A DNA stretch of 58,924 nt, the filler included, from Candidatus Hydrogenedentota bacterium (lineage in GTDB: Bacteria > JBFMHD01), in the NCBI GenBank assembly GCA_040752395.1. It is 4 parts of 4 records of this genome, joined end to end, with 100 filler letters (N's around TTAATTAATTAA, not from the genome) between each part and the next. Parts side by side here need not be neighbours in the genome. Positions count along the whole stretch, not along the records: positions 1 to 15,404 come from JBFMHD010000054.1; 3 more parts are not named here. The stretch is one strand, 5' to 3'. The notes below the pieces were generated by a model. The model did not search any database, was not told the origin of the DNA, and worked only from the letters and a program-made list of their open reading frames with translations. The first letter of the stretch is position 1; each line of letters begins with the position of its first letter. The translations under genes and the position numbers were made by a program. This document shows, in pieces, positions 1 through 8,248 of this stretch.

Positions 1-1511
1 ACTCCGGCATGAGGGTCTATACTTTCACTCCAGACATAAGGGTTATAAGAGAAAGCAACGCCGGAAAGCTGTGGATAGAATAAATTACCATACGTTGCAC
101 CTGAAACACGCTGGATAAGTAAAGCCATTTGTTCGTCTAACTCAAGGACACCGCGTTTGGCCCGATACTTCAGTGCTTCCTCACTCATTGTGCTCGCATA
201 GATAATGCGTACAGCCTTAAGTAATTCCTGTAATCGATGTTGCAGATCACCCTGATTAGCACAGAAGATACTTATATATTTACCAGGGAAAGCGTTCCCG
301 AAATTGTCTTCTAAAAGACTGCTGGAGCGAACTATAATCGGGGACTGACCAAAATAATCAAGCATATCAGAGAACCGCTTAATAATATAATCAGGGAACT
401 CACCTGTGAGAATCCGTTTCAAAACCACTTCTAAACCATCAAGAAATGTCTCTTTATTTTTTTGATGCTGTCGCATCTGCCAGCAGTTATTATAAACAAG
501 ATATGAATAGAAGACATCCGAACCTATAAAGAATGAATCATGTGACTCAAGTAAACCAGCCAAATCAGGCGACTCTTTATTAAGGATGGCGCGGCCAAGC
601 AGCATACCCACGGCCTTGCCTCCAATCATCCCTGTTCCTATCATACGTTTCCATATATAAATAATATCTGATAGAGTTAAGTATTTTTCTGCCAAAGAAA
701 GTATTGGTTCCTCGCGCGAGATTATAAGAGTTAATAGATGTTTGAAAATTTTATCGATCTCCTCTTTTGAACATAATCCATTTCTGTAAGAAACAAGCAT
801 CTCTTCAGCATGCATAAATAACCTATCCCAGGCACCAATCATTCGATAGGAAGCAGATTGTAAACCGGGCCAGGTTGAGGATGCAAGGATATCTGAGGTC
901 GAAGAACTATCTTTTATTGGTATGAAATCATTCATCTCCCATAGGTGCAGCATATACATAGTTCCTGAGTATCGTTTATCAACTTTCAGTGGATGGATGT
1001 AAATTTTATCTTTATATCTATATACATCGATAAGAATCTGTGTTGTCTGTTTTATTGGTTCTGCTGCGTGAAAAGAATGATAATTTCTAAATATAGAAAA
1101 ATAAGCGATAGTCTCAAGCTGATAGAGGTAGGGGCAACTGAGTATAAAAAAATTGCCTATCATTCGGTCACTATAGTAATCAAGTGTAATCGCTGAAAAC
1201 GAGTCAAAAACATAGTATGCACCCTTGCCTGTCTGCTCAATGACTTTATGGATTGATGTAATAAATGTTTCAAAACCTTCACGTGGATTGAGTCTATGAA
1301 TCTCAGCACCTTCTTCTTCCAAAACAAGTTCTTTATGTTCAGCAAACCGAAAATAAACAAGTTTTTCTTTTTTTGTTTTTGCATAGGCACAGAATGGCTT
1401 TACAAAAGCAAGGTAATTATCAATAGAATCGACCTGCCAGACAATATTATCCCCGGGCCTGATACCATTGAGTATTTTATCTAATGAAGTTAATCCTGTA
1501 CTTGGTTGCAT
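1..1511 (-). CDS. PEP/pyruvate-binding (PPDK_N / PEP synthase N-terminal-like) domain protein with N-terminal RecA/KaiC-like region; 3' end runs off the window
   Basis: Not in ORF track (no stop in window). Manual translation from ATG 1511 (GAGGT SD upstream): MQPSTGLTSLDKILNGIRPGDNIVWQ... and later SPIIVRSSSLLEDNFGNAFPGKY...MALLIQRVSG...SGVAFSYNPY, typical PPDK_N motifs. Confidence 0.85.
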   Translation of the reverse strand, partial: MQPSTGLTSLDKILNGIRPGDNIVWQVDSIDNYLAFVKPFCAYAKTKKEKLVYFRFAEHKELVLEEEGAEIHRLNPREGFETFITSIHKVIEQTGKGAYYVFDSFSAITLDYYSDRMIGNFFILSCPYLYQLETIAYFSIFRNYHSFHAAEPIKQTTQILIDVYRYKDKIYIHPLKVDKRYSGTMYMLHLWEMNDFIPIKDSSSTSDILASSTWPGLQSASYRMIGAWDRLFMHAEEMLVSYRNGLCSKEEIDKIFKHLLTLIISREEPILSLAEKYLTLSDIIYIWKRMIGTGMIGGKAVGMLLGRAILNKESPDLAGLLESHDSFFIGSDVFYSYLVYNNCWQMRQHQKNKETFLDGLEVVLKRILTGEFPDYIIKRFSDMLDYFGQSPIIVRSSSLLEDNFGNAFPGKYISIFCANQGDLQHRLQELLKAVRIIYASTMSEEALKYRAKRGVLELDEQMALLIQRVSGATYGNLFYPQLSGVAFSYNPYVWSESIDPHAG

Positions 1512-1570
1512 ATTTCACGATACCTCGTAATGCAGAGGTTCACTACATTCTTTTCACACGTTCAGTGTAA

Positions 1571-3151
1571 TTACTTATTAAGTATCTGTTCTGCTTCATC
1601 TTTGTCAGCATCCATTATATAAGAGATGCTGCTTATTTCAGTTGCTTCTTTTGTTAGTGATGCGATATCGTTGCGAGTAATACAGTCGAGTGCAAATTTA
1701 CGGCTGCCGCACATAAGCTGACGCAATCCTTGAGCAAGTCTTTGAATATATGTGTAAAGCCCGATTGCTCCTGGGGGGATTCGTTTAAAATCAGCACCGA
1801 ACCGTTGTTTTAATTCTGGTGCAGTAATAAAAATCTCATCTATGTTTGCTCCGAATCGCTCTACATATACGGGTAACTCTCCCTCTATAATGCGTTTCCC
1901 AATGGTTTTTCCGACCATAGCTGCGGCGAGTGGAGCTCTTGCCATCCCTATAATTTTGAAATATGGTGCACCTAAAGAAAGCGCTTTAAATATCTGGTCT
2001 TCAAGCGTAATCCCGCCTGCTATTGCGATATCAGGGATATATTCTCCTTTTTTTGCAAGCTTATCAACATATTTATAAAGTAATGACCATAACTCGATCT
2101 GAGGTATACCCCATTCATTCATCATTCTCCAGGGGGACATACCAGTTCCGCCGCCAGCTGCATCAACTGTGAGTAAATCAATCTTTGCTTTAGATGAATA
2201 CTTAACTGCTCTTGCGAGGTCATGTGGTCTGTAAGCACCTGTTTTTAAGAAAACATATTTTGCTCCGGCTTTTTTGAGCTCTTCTACTCTTTTTATAAAA
2301 CTTTCTTCTTCAACCATTCCGATTCTTGAATGCCGCTCGAATTCACGGAATATCCCTTTTTTAAATGCTTCTATTACAGAGAGTTCATCCGGGTCAGGGA
2401 GTACTACATAACCGCGTTTCTTGAGTAATTGTGCGGTTTCCAGACTTTTTATCTTAACCTCACCGCCTATATCTTTTGCACCCTGTCCCCATTTCAACTC
2501 AACTGTATCTACCCCGAGTTTCTCAATCACGTACTCCTGAACGCCTAATCTTGTATCCTCTACATTAGCCTGGACAATGATGGTTCCATAACCGTCTTGC
2601 TGCCACTCCTTATATAATTTTACCCGCATCTCCATATCTTTAGTCTCAACAACTTTACCGTTCTCAATTTTAGCTTCAGGGTCCATTCCGCAAACGTTTT
2701 CTCCTATGGTTAATGGTATTCCGGAAATTGATGCTCCTATTGCAAGTCCTTCCCAATTATTTTTTGCTACAGCAGTAGACCCAAGTCCAGGGATAATAAT
2801 CGGGAATTTTAGTTTTATTCCTTTATCGTGTCCGATTCTTCTTTCAGTATTTACGTTAGGGAATATTGCTTTGTCTGAATCTGCGTCTATGCCGGAGGCA
2901 CCGACACAAGAACCGAGAATAGTGAAATGTGATAAATCAAGAGGGTATATTTTTTCAGAAGCCGAGGTAATTATTCCAAAAGGCTGTGGATAGATAGCTT
3001 CTGGTCCACGATACGCAGATTTGCCGATCTCACACATACCAATACAGCCATCTACACAGGTGACACACATACCACTTATTGAAACTATCGAGTCTTCGGT
3101 CCTATTTTTTGATAAAGTAGCAGCTGATGCATTTAATTTTGTAAAACTCAT
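1571..3151 (-). CDS. Stand-alone FMN-binding glutamate synthase family protein (GltB domain 2-like)
   Basis: ELKWGQGAKDIGGE, DAAGGGTG, IAGG motifs; N-terminal CxxCxxxCxxxC; start moved to ATG 3151 (MSFTKLN), ATGA overlap with upstream stop. Confidence 0.85.
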   Translation of the reverse strand: MSFTKLNASAATLSKNRTEDSIVSISGMCVTCVDGCIGMCEIGKSAYRGPEAIYPQPFGIITSASEKIYPLDLSHFTILGSCVGASGIDADSDKAIFPNVNTERRIGHDKGIKLKFPIIIPGLGSTAVAKNNWEGLAIGASISGIPLTIGENVCGMDPEAKIENGKVVETKDMEMRVKLYKEWQQDGYGTIIVQANVEDTRLGVQEYVIEKLGVDTVELKWGQGAKDIGGEVKIKSLETAQLLKKRGYVVLPDPDELSVIEAFKKGIFREFERHSRIGMVEEESFIKRVEELKKAGAKYVFLKTGAYRPHDLARAVKYSSKAKIDLLTVDAAGGGTGMSPWRMMNEWGIPQIELWSLLYKYVDKLAKKGEYIPDIAIAGGITLEDQIFKALSLGAPYFKIIGMARAPLAAAMVGKTIGKRIIEGELPVYVERFGANIDEIFITAPELKQRFGADFKRIPPGAIGLYTYIQRLAQGLRQLMCGSRKFALDCITRNDIASLTKEATEISSISYIMDADKDEAEQILNK

Positions 3152-3843
3152 TTTTTCTTCTCCTTTTGTCTCTCTTTTTCTTCTAAGAGACAAGAAGCGC
3201 AGGGGTCAAGGTAACACAATGCTTTATCTTTTACATCAACGCATGGATACGAGATATTCAAGCAAGCATTACATAAAGTAGTTTGTATTTCTGTACCCTG
3301 ACATCTTAATTGGCAGGCTGGACAGATATAGATACAGCCGCCACAAGTCCTGCATACTTCTGATTTTATGTTAAATGGGGTAGTAACTTTTCTATACTTC
3401 CCGCGATTACTGAATCCGATCGCTCTTGCATCCATTTGTTCGTTGCATACACGAACACATAGCCCGCAAAGAACACAATTTACATATTTTGGTTTAAATC
3501 TTATTTTACTTACACCATGTTTTGATGCCAGGTCCTGTATAGTTTTAGAGCTTGGGCAGAGTGCGACAAGTAATTCTATTAATAGTTTTCTGGTCTGGAT
3601 TACTCTTTTAGAATGAGTTTTTATTATAAGTCCTGCATCAACTGGATACGTGCAGGAAGATACGAATCTGGTATTTTCACCCTCACCGATCTCAACTATA
3701 CAAAGCCTGCATGCGCCGTAAGGTTTAAGGCCTTCATTATAACAGAGCGTAGGGATAGGAACACCATATAATCTGCAAGCCTCAAGTATTGTTGAGCCTT
3801 CCCTCACTTGAACATCCACGCCATTGAGTCTTATGGTAATCAT
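3148..3843 (-). CDS. Fe-S subunit resembling N-terminus of NuoG/HydA/FdhA (2Fe-2S + 4Fe-4S clusters), Cys-rich tail, no catalytic domain
   Basis: IPTLC, GACRLCIVE, SSC, CVLCGLCVRVC, CRTCGGCIYICP; only 231 aa. Confidence 0.85.
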   Translation of the reverse strand: MITIRLNGVDVQVREGSTILEACRLYGVPIPTLCYNEGLKPYGACRLCIVEIGEGENTRFVSSCTYPVDAGLIIKTHSKRVIQTRKLLIELLVALCPSSKTIQDLASKHGVSKIRFKPKYVNCVLCGLCVRVCNEQMDARAIGFSNRGKYRKVTTPFNIKSEVCRTCGGCIYICPACQLRCQGTEIQTTLCNACLNISYPCVDVKDKALCYLDPCASCLLEEKERQKEKKK

Positions 3844-5699
3844 TCTATTTTTACTCCATTAAATTTGCAGATGTCATAGCAGATACCACATTTTATGCAC
3901 TTTGTTTGATCTATTTTATGTGGTTTTTGTTTTTCACCGGTTATTGCGTTTTGCGGGCAGGGTTTTACACATGCTGTACAACCCTTGCAATTCTCCGGGT
4001 CTATGTAATATTTAATTAATGCTTTACATACACCAGCAGGACATTTCTTATATCTGATATGAGCGATGTATTCATCTTTAAAATATCTTAGTGTTGATAA
4101 AAGTGGGTTAGGGGAAGTTTGTCCGAGTCCGCACATCGATGCGTTCTTGGTCATTTGTGCTAATTCCATAAGTAACTCAATATCATCTTCTTTAGCGTAG
4201 CCATCTGTTATCGCGGTCATAATCTCAATCATTCTATCTATCCCTTCACGACAGGAGAGACATTTACCACAGGATTCATCTTGAAGAAATTTCAGGAAAT
4301 ATTTTGCTATATCTACCATACAGGTTTTTTCATCCATTACAATCATACCGCCAGAACCCATTATTGAGCCTGCCTGTAGTAAGCTTTCATAATCTATTTG
4401 CAGATCAAGCATTTTCTCGGGGATGCACCCACCTGAAGGCCCACCGGTCTGAACCGCTTTAAATCTCTTTCCGTCCCGGATACCGCCACCGATATCATAT
4501 ATAATCTCTCTTAATGTTATACCCATTGGAACCTCAATGAGTCCGGTATTATTTATTTTACCGACAAGTGAGAATATTTTTGTACCTTTACTTTTATTGG
4601 TTCCGATTTTTGAATACCATTTGTCGCCATTATTAATAATAAGCGGGATATTAGCCCAGGTCTCTACATTATTTATGTTTGTTGGTTTACCCCATAATCC
4701 TTTTTGAGCCGGGAAAGGTGGTCTCTGTCTTGGGGTTCCTTTTTTCCCTTCAACCGAATAAATAAGTGCGGTCTCTTCGCCACATACAAAAGCGCCTGCG
4801 CCTCTTACTATTTTTATTTTAAAATTAAATCCGCAGCCGAATATATCATTACCTAAAAACCCGTATTTTTTTGCCTGTTCAATTGCTATACTGGCATTCT
4901 CTACTGCCAATGGGTATTCATTTCTTACATAAATAAATCCTTCAGTAGCACCGATAGCATAAGCTCCAATTACCATCCCTTCAATCACAGAATGGGGGTT
5001 ACCTTCTAATAAGCTGCGGTCCATATAAGCTCCGGGGTCTCCTTCATCAGCGTTACATATTATATATTTGGGTTCACCTTGAGCTTTTCTACAAAAACTC
5101 CATTTAAAGCCGGTAGGGAACCCGGCTCCTCCGCGACCGCGAAGTTTCGAATTCTTTATTTCAGTAATGAGTTCCTCTGGAGAATAATCTGCCAGGACTT
5201 TACAGAGTGCCCGATAACCACCTGATAAAATATAATCCTCAATATTACAAGGATCAAGGAACCTGTTATTCAGGGTTAGGAGTCTCTCCTGTTTTTTAAA
5301 GAAAGGGATATCAGTTTCATATGGAAATTTTTTGCCATTCTGCGGGTCTGTGAAGACAAGTCGTTCTATAATTTTTTTATTAAGAATAGTTTCCTCAATG
5401 ATTTCAGGAGCATCAGTCGGTTTTACTTTTTGATAAAATATCCCTTCAGGATATATAATTACATTAGGTTCAACCTCACAGAAACCATGGCAGCCTGTTA
5501 TTTTTAATCTAACCTTTTCATTTAATTTATTTTTCTTAATATATTTGCGGAAAGCCTGAATTATACTGATAGAGCCACGTACCTGGCCGCAGGTTCCTGA
5601 AGAGATAGATATAAATGGTATCTTCTGGCTCGGATCATTGACCAGTTTTTCCCGGAGAGATTTAAGTTCCCAGATACTTCTTATTTTTTTTTGCGTCAT
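3840..5699 (-). CDS. NuoF/HydB-like NAD(H)/FMN-binding subunit with N-terminal thioredoxin-like Fe-S domain and C-terminal 2x[4Fe-4S]
   Basis: LRGRGGAGFPTG, NADEGDPGAYMDR, GAFVCGEETAL, GGPSGG, ESCGKCLSCREG, two CxxCxxCxxxC ferredoxin motifs. Confidence 0.92.
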   Translation of the reverse strand: MTQKKIRSIWELKSLREKLVNDPSQKIPFISISSGTCGQVRGSISIIQAFRKYIKKNKLNEKVRLKITGCHGFCEVEPNVIIYPEGIFYQKVKPTDAPEIIEETILNKKIIERLVFTDPQNGKKFPYETDIPFFKKQERLLTLNNRFLDPCNIEDYILSGGYRALCKVLADYSPEELITEIKNSKLRGRGGAGFPTGFKWSFCRKAQGEPKYIICNADEGDPGAYMDRSLLEGNPHSVIEGMVIGAYAIGATEGFIYVRNEYPLAVENASIAIEQAKKYGFLGNDIFGCGFNFKIKIVRGAGAFVCGEETALIYSVEGKKGTPRQRPPFPAQKGLWGKPTNINNVETWANIPLIINNGDKWYSKIGTNKSKGTKIFSLVGKINNTGLIEVPMGITLREIIYDIGGGIRDGKRFKAVQTGGPSGGCIPEKMLDLQIDYESLLQAGSIMGSGGMIVMDEKTCMVDIAKYFLKFLQDESCGKCLSCREGIDRMIEIMTAITDGYAKEDDIELLMELAQMTKNASMCGLGQTSPNPLLSTLRYFKDEYIAHIRYKKCPAGVCKALIKYYIDPENCKGCTACVKPCPQNAITGEKQKPHKIDQTKCIKCGICYDICKFNGVKIE

Positions 5700-5809
5700 A
5701 TCTATTCTCTTTTAGTAACCCTTCAGTTATAGGTGATATAGAAGCAAGAAACGACACGAATTAGAAACAAGATAAAGAAACCACAACAAAGACTGAGGGA
5801 ATACCTGTT

Positions 5810-6205
5810 TTACAAAACTCCATGTGCATTATAGAATGCTCTGAGTTCAGTTTCAAGACGTTCAAACTCGATACAGTGGCGTTTACATCCGCGGCGTGAA
5901 CATATCTGCAAAATACCACCCTCCATAACATCTAATCTAACCATTGGAGCACCACATTCTTCGCATTTACGAGTAGAGGTTAATTCTTTTTTGCAATGAC
6001 AACAAAAAAATTTACCGATCTCACCCTTGGGACGCGGAAACTCATATTCAGTGTTATAGCTTCCGTAAAGTGCAGAGAGATAAGCCCATCCCTGCTTCTC
6101 TTTCCATTCTATTATTACTTTTATCCCTGGACAATTATCAATCAGATGCTCCTTGTCCATCAGGCTCTGACCACAAAAGGGGCACTTAATACTTAATTCA
6201 ATCAT
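5810..6205 (-). CDS. Cys-rich (probable Zn- or Fe-binding) hypothetical protein within the oxidoreductase operon
   Basis: CPFC, CCHC, CEEC, CSRRGC pairs; 2-nt gap after upstream nuoE-like gene. Confidence 0.75.
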   Translation of the reverse strand: MIELSIKCPFCGQSLMDKEHLIDNCPGIKVIIEWKEKQGWAYLSALYGSYNTEYEFPRPKGEIGKFFCCHCKKELTSTRKCEECGAPMVRLDVMEGGILQICSRRGCKRHCIEFERLETELRAFYNAHGVL

Positions 6206-6207
6206 AA

Positions 6208-6678
6208 TTAATTACCTTTTTTACATAATTTGGTTAAAAGAGCGTCAACCTTTTTAACGCTCATCTCACCATAATATTTATTATCAACCATTACAATCGG
6301 TCCAATAGCACAACAGCCAAGACAGTTAACAGTCTCGAGAGAGAAGATCAGATCAGACGTAGTTTCACCAGGCTTAATGCCGAGTTTTCTTGAAATCGCA
6401 TCTACAATAGACTGGGCATTACGTACATGACAGGCTGTTCCGAGACAGACTGTAATAATATGTTTTCCTCTTGGTTTAAGACTAAATGATTTATAAAATG
6501 TTGCAACCCCATAAACATAGACTAATGGAACATTTAATTTTTTAGCAACCTCAATAAGTGCTTCTTGTGGCAACCAATTGTACTCTTTCTGAATATCCTG
6601 CAACACAGATATTAATGCGCTCTGATTTTTTTCATTTTTATTAATAAAAGAATCAATTTTCGCAATATCAACGGTCAT
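6208..6678 (-). CDS. NuoE/HydC-like 2Fe-2S subunit
   Basis: VATFY, VCLGTACHV, VNCLGCCAIGP. Confidence 0.92.
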   Translation of the reverse strand: MTVDIAKIDSFINKNEKNQSALISVLQDIQKEYNWLPQEALIEVAKKLNVPLVYVYGVATFYKSFSLKPRGKHIITVCLGTACHVRNAQSIVDAISRKLGIKPGETTSDLIFSLETVNCLGCCAIGPIVMVDNKYYGEMSVKKVDALLTKLCKKGN

Positions 6679-6763
6679 ATCAGTACCTCGCTTTACGCTT
6701 TAGTTTCTATTTTTTTAAAAAAATATCAAGTAAAAATTTTATACAAATGTAATGCCTCAGAAT

Positions 6764-6781
6764 GTGTGAAATAATCAACAT
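6764..6781. promoter_or_regulatory. Possible Rex (NADH/NAD+ sensor) operator
   Basis: gTGTGAAataaTCAACAt resembles TTGTGAA-N4-TTCACAA; ~85 bp upstream of an NADH-linked operon. Confidence 0.35.
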
Positions 6782-6970
6782 TAATACCTGCTAACTTTTT
6801 TATTATCAGTCCCCATTTTCTAAAAAGTCTAATTTTTTTACACGTTCTCAGTTATAGGGGGAATGAAGAAGCAGGAGACAGATAACGGAAAAGAAAGGTT
6901 AAGGTTTAGGTTGAGGAACGGAAAGAAAGATAACGAACATCCTTAATCTTTCATCATCGGGAAGTTTACA

Positions 6971-7005
6971 GACATCGTATACCTCTTTAAGGGGTATACG
7001 ATGTC
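6971..7005. repeat. Perfect 13-bp inverted repeat in divergent intergenic region
   Basis: gacatcgtatacc / ggtatacgatgtc. Confidence 0.7.
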
Positions 7006-7037
7006 CGGGATACTTTCCATATCAAATAAAATATTTT

Positions 7038-7066
7038 CTTGACAAATTTTGTCAAGTTTACATAAT
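7038..7066 (+). promoter_or_regulatory. sigma70-type promoter for ftsY overlapping a 9-1-9 palindrome
   Basis: TTGACA(7039)-16-CATAAT; cttgacaaa-t-tttgtcaag places TTGACA on both strands. Confidence 0.55.
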
Positions 7067-7128
7067 TTTGAATATAGCAATTTTTGATTGGCAGAACAAG
7101 TTGAAGCTTGTTTTTCGAAGCAGGATTT

Positions 7129-8031
7129 ATGGCTGTATCTATATTAAAGAATGCATTAAAAAAAACGGCACAGGCTTTTATAGACAATGTAAGCAGAATA
7201 TTAAGCAGAAGAAAGATTGATGACAGCTTAAAAGATAGTCTTTTTGAAAATCTTATTTTATGGGATGTCGGCGTAGAGACCTCACAGGAAATAATAAAGG
7301 CGTTTGAAGAAAAATATAGCTCTATTAAAGAAGAAGTTGAACCGATAGAAGTTTTTAAAGGTGTACTCATTGATTTTTTACCCGATACTTTAAATATAAA
7401 ATTTAGCGAGAAGAAAGTATCTGTAATTATTATTATAGGAGTCAACGGGTCCGGGAAGACAACACTTTGTGCTAAATTATCAAAATATTTTGAAAAGAAC
7501 AATAATAGAAAAGTTTTACTTTCAGCTTGTGATACATTTAGAGCGGCTGCTATAAAGCAATTAAAAATATGGGCTGAGAGAGTTAATGTAAAAGTTATTG
7601 CAGGTGAGGAAGAGAGCGACCCTGCAAGTATCGCTTTTGATTCTACAAAAGCAGCACTATCAAGAGGTTATGATACTTTAATAATTGATACAGCCGGAAG
7701 ACTGCACAATAAAGAAAACCTTTTAAGAGAGCTTGAGAAAATAAAAAGAGTTATACTTAAGAATCAGGACGTAGATATAGTTGACATCCCGATAGTCCTC
7801 GATGCCACAAATGGTGTTAATGCGATACTTCAAGCAGAGATATTTACTCAAAGGATAGGTGCTACATCAATAATCATTACTAAACTTGATAGTTCATTCA
7901 AGGCGGGTTTTATTTTCGGTATTGAGAAAAAACTTAAATTGCCGATAAGGTTTATAAGTGCAGGTGAGACACCGGATGATTTAATAGTATTCGATAGAAC
8001 CGAATATGTTAAATTGTTATTTGAGGCTTAA
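7129..8031 (+). CDS. ftsY: Signal recognition particle receptor FtsY (short, NG domain only)
   Basis: GVNGSGKTT, DTFRAAA, DTAGR, TKLD; ATG 7129 preferred. Confidence 0.95.
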   Translation: MAVSILKNALKKTAQAFIDNVSRILSRRKIDDSLKDSLFENLILWDVGVETSQEIIKAFEEKYSSIKEEVEPIEVFKGVLIDFLPDTLNIKFSEKKVSVIIIIGVNGSGKTTLCAKLSKYFEKNNNRKVLLSACDTFRAAAIKQLKIWAERVNVKVIAGEEESDPASIAFDSTKAALSRGYDTLIIDTAGRLHNKENLLRELEKIKRVILKNQDVDIVDIPIVLDATNGVNAILQAEIFTQRIGATSIIITKLDSSFKAGFIFGIEKKLKLPIRFISAGETPDDLIVFDRTEYVKLLFEA

Positions 8032-8099
8032 GACTGAAGACTTTTCAAAAGATTGAAAGATTCACAGATTATTTCTGCATTCTGAATTTTTTAAAGGAT

Positions 8100-8242
8100 G
8101 TTGGCTTCAGGCTCCGGGCTTCGGGTTCCAGCCGGCTGTAGTCCGTAGCCTGTAGCCTGTCCTGATACTTCTCACTTCTTCCGTTATCTTGCTTCTTGCT
8201 TCTACTTGATATTATTATAGTTACAATGTTTTTCAGAGGAGG
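8100..8242 (+). repeat. Modular heptamer-based intergenic repeat, reference copy, ending in SD
   Basis: ggcttcaggctccgggcttcgg...gtagcctgtagcct...ctgatacttctcacttcttccgttatcttgcttcttgcttctacttgatattattatagttacaatgtttttcagaggagg; related copies at 17222, 25803, 34078, 49478, 56223. Confidence 0.9.
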
Positions 8243-8248
8243 TATCTT

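Noticed and set aside
993-1484. Small ORFs 993-1196, 1160-1390, 1296-1484 and the other short track ORFs nested in long genes
   Set aside because: Shadow frames of well-supported longer CDSs
3840-6678. Respiratory complex I (nuoEF) assignment
   Set aside because: No membrane or NuoBCDI subunits nearby; domain layout fits soluble HydB/HydC-type enzymes
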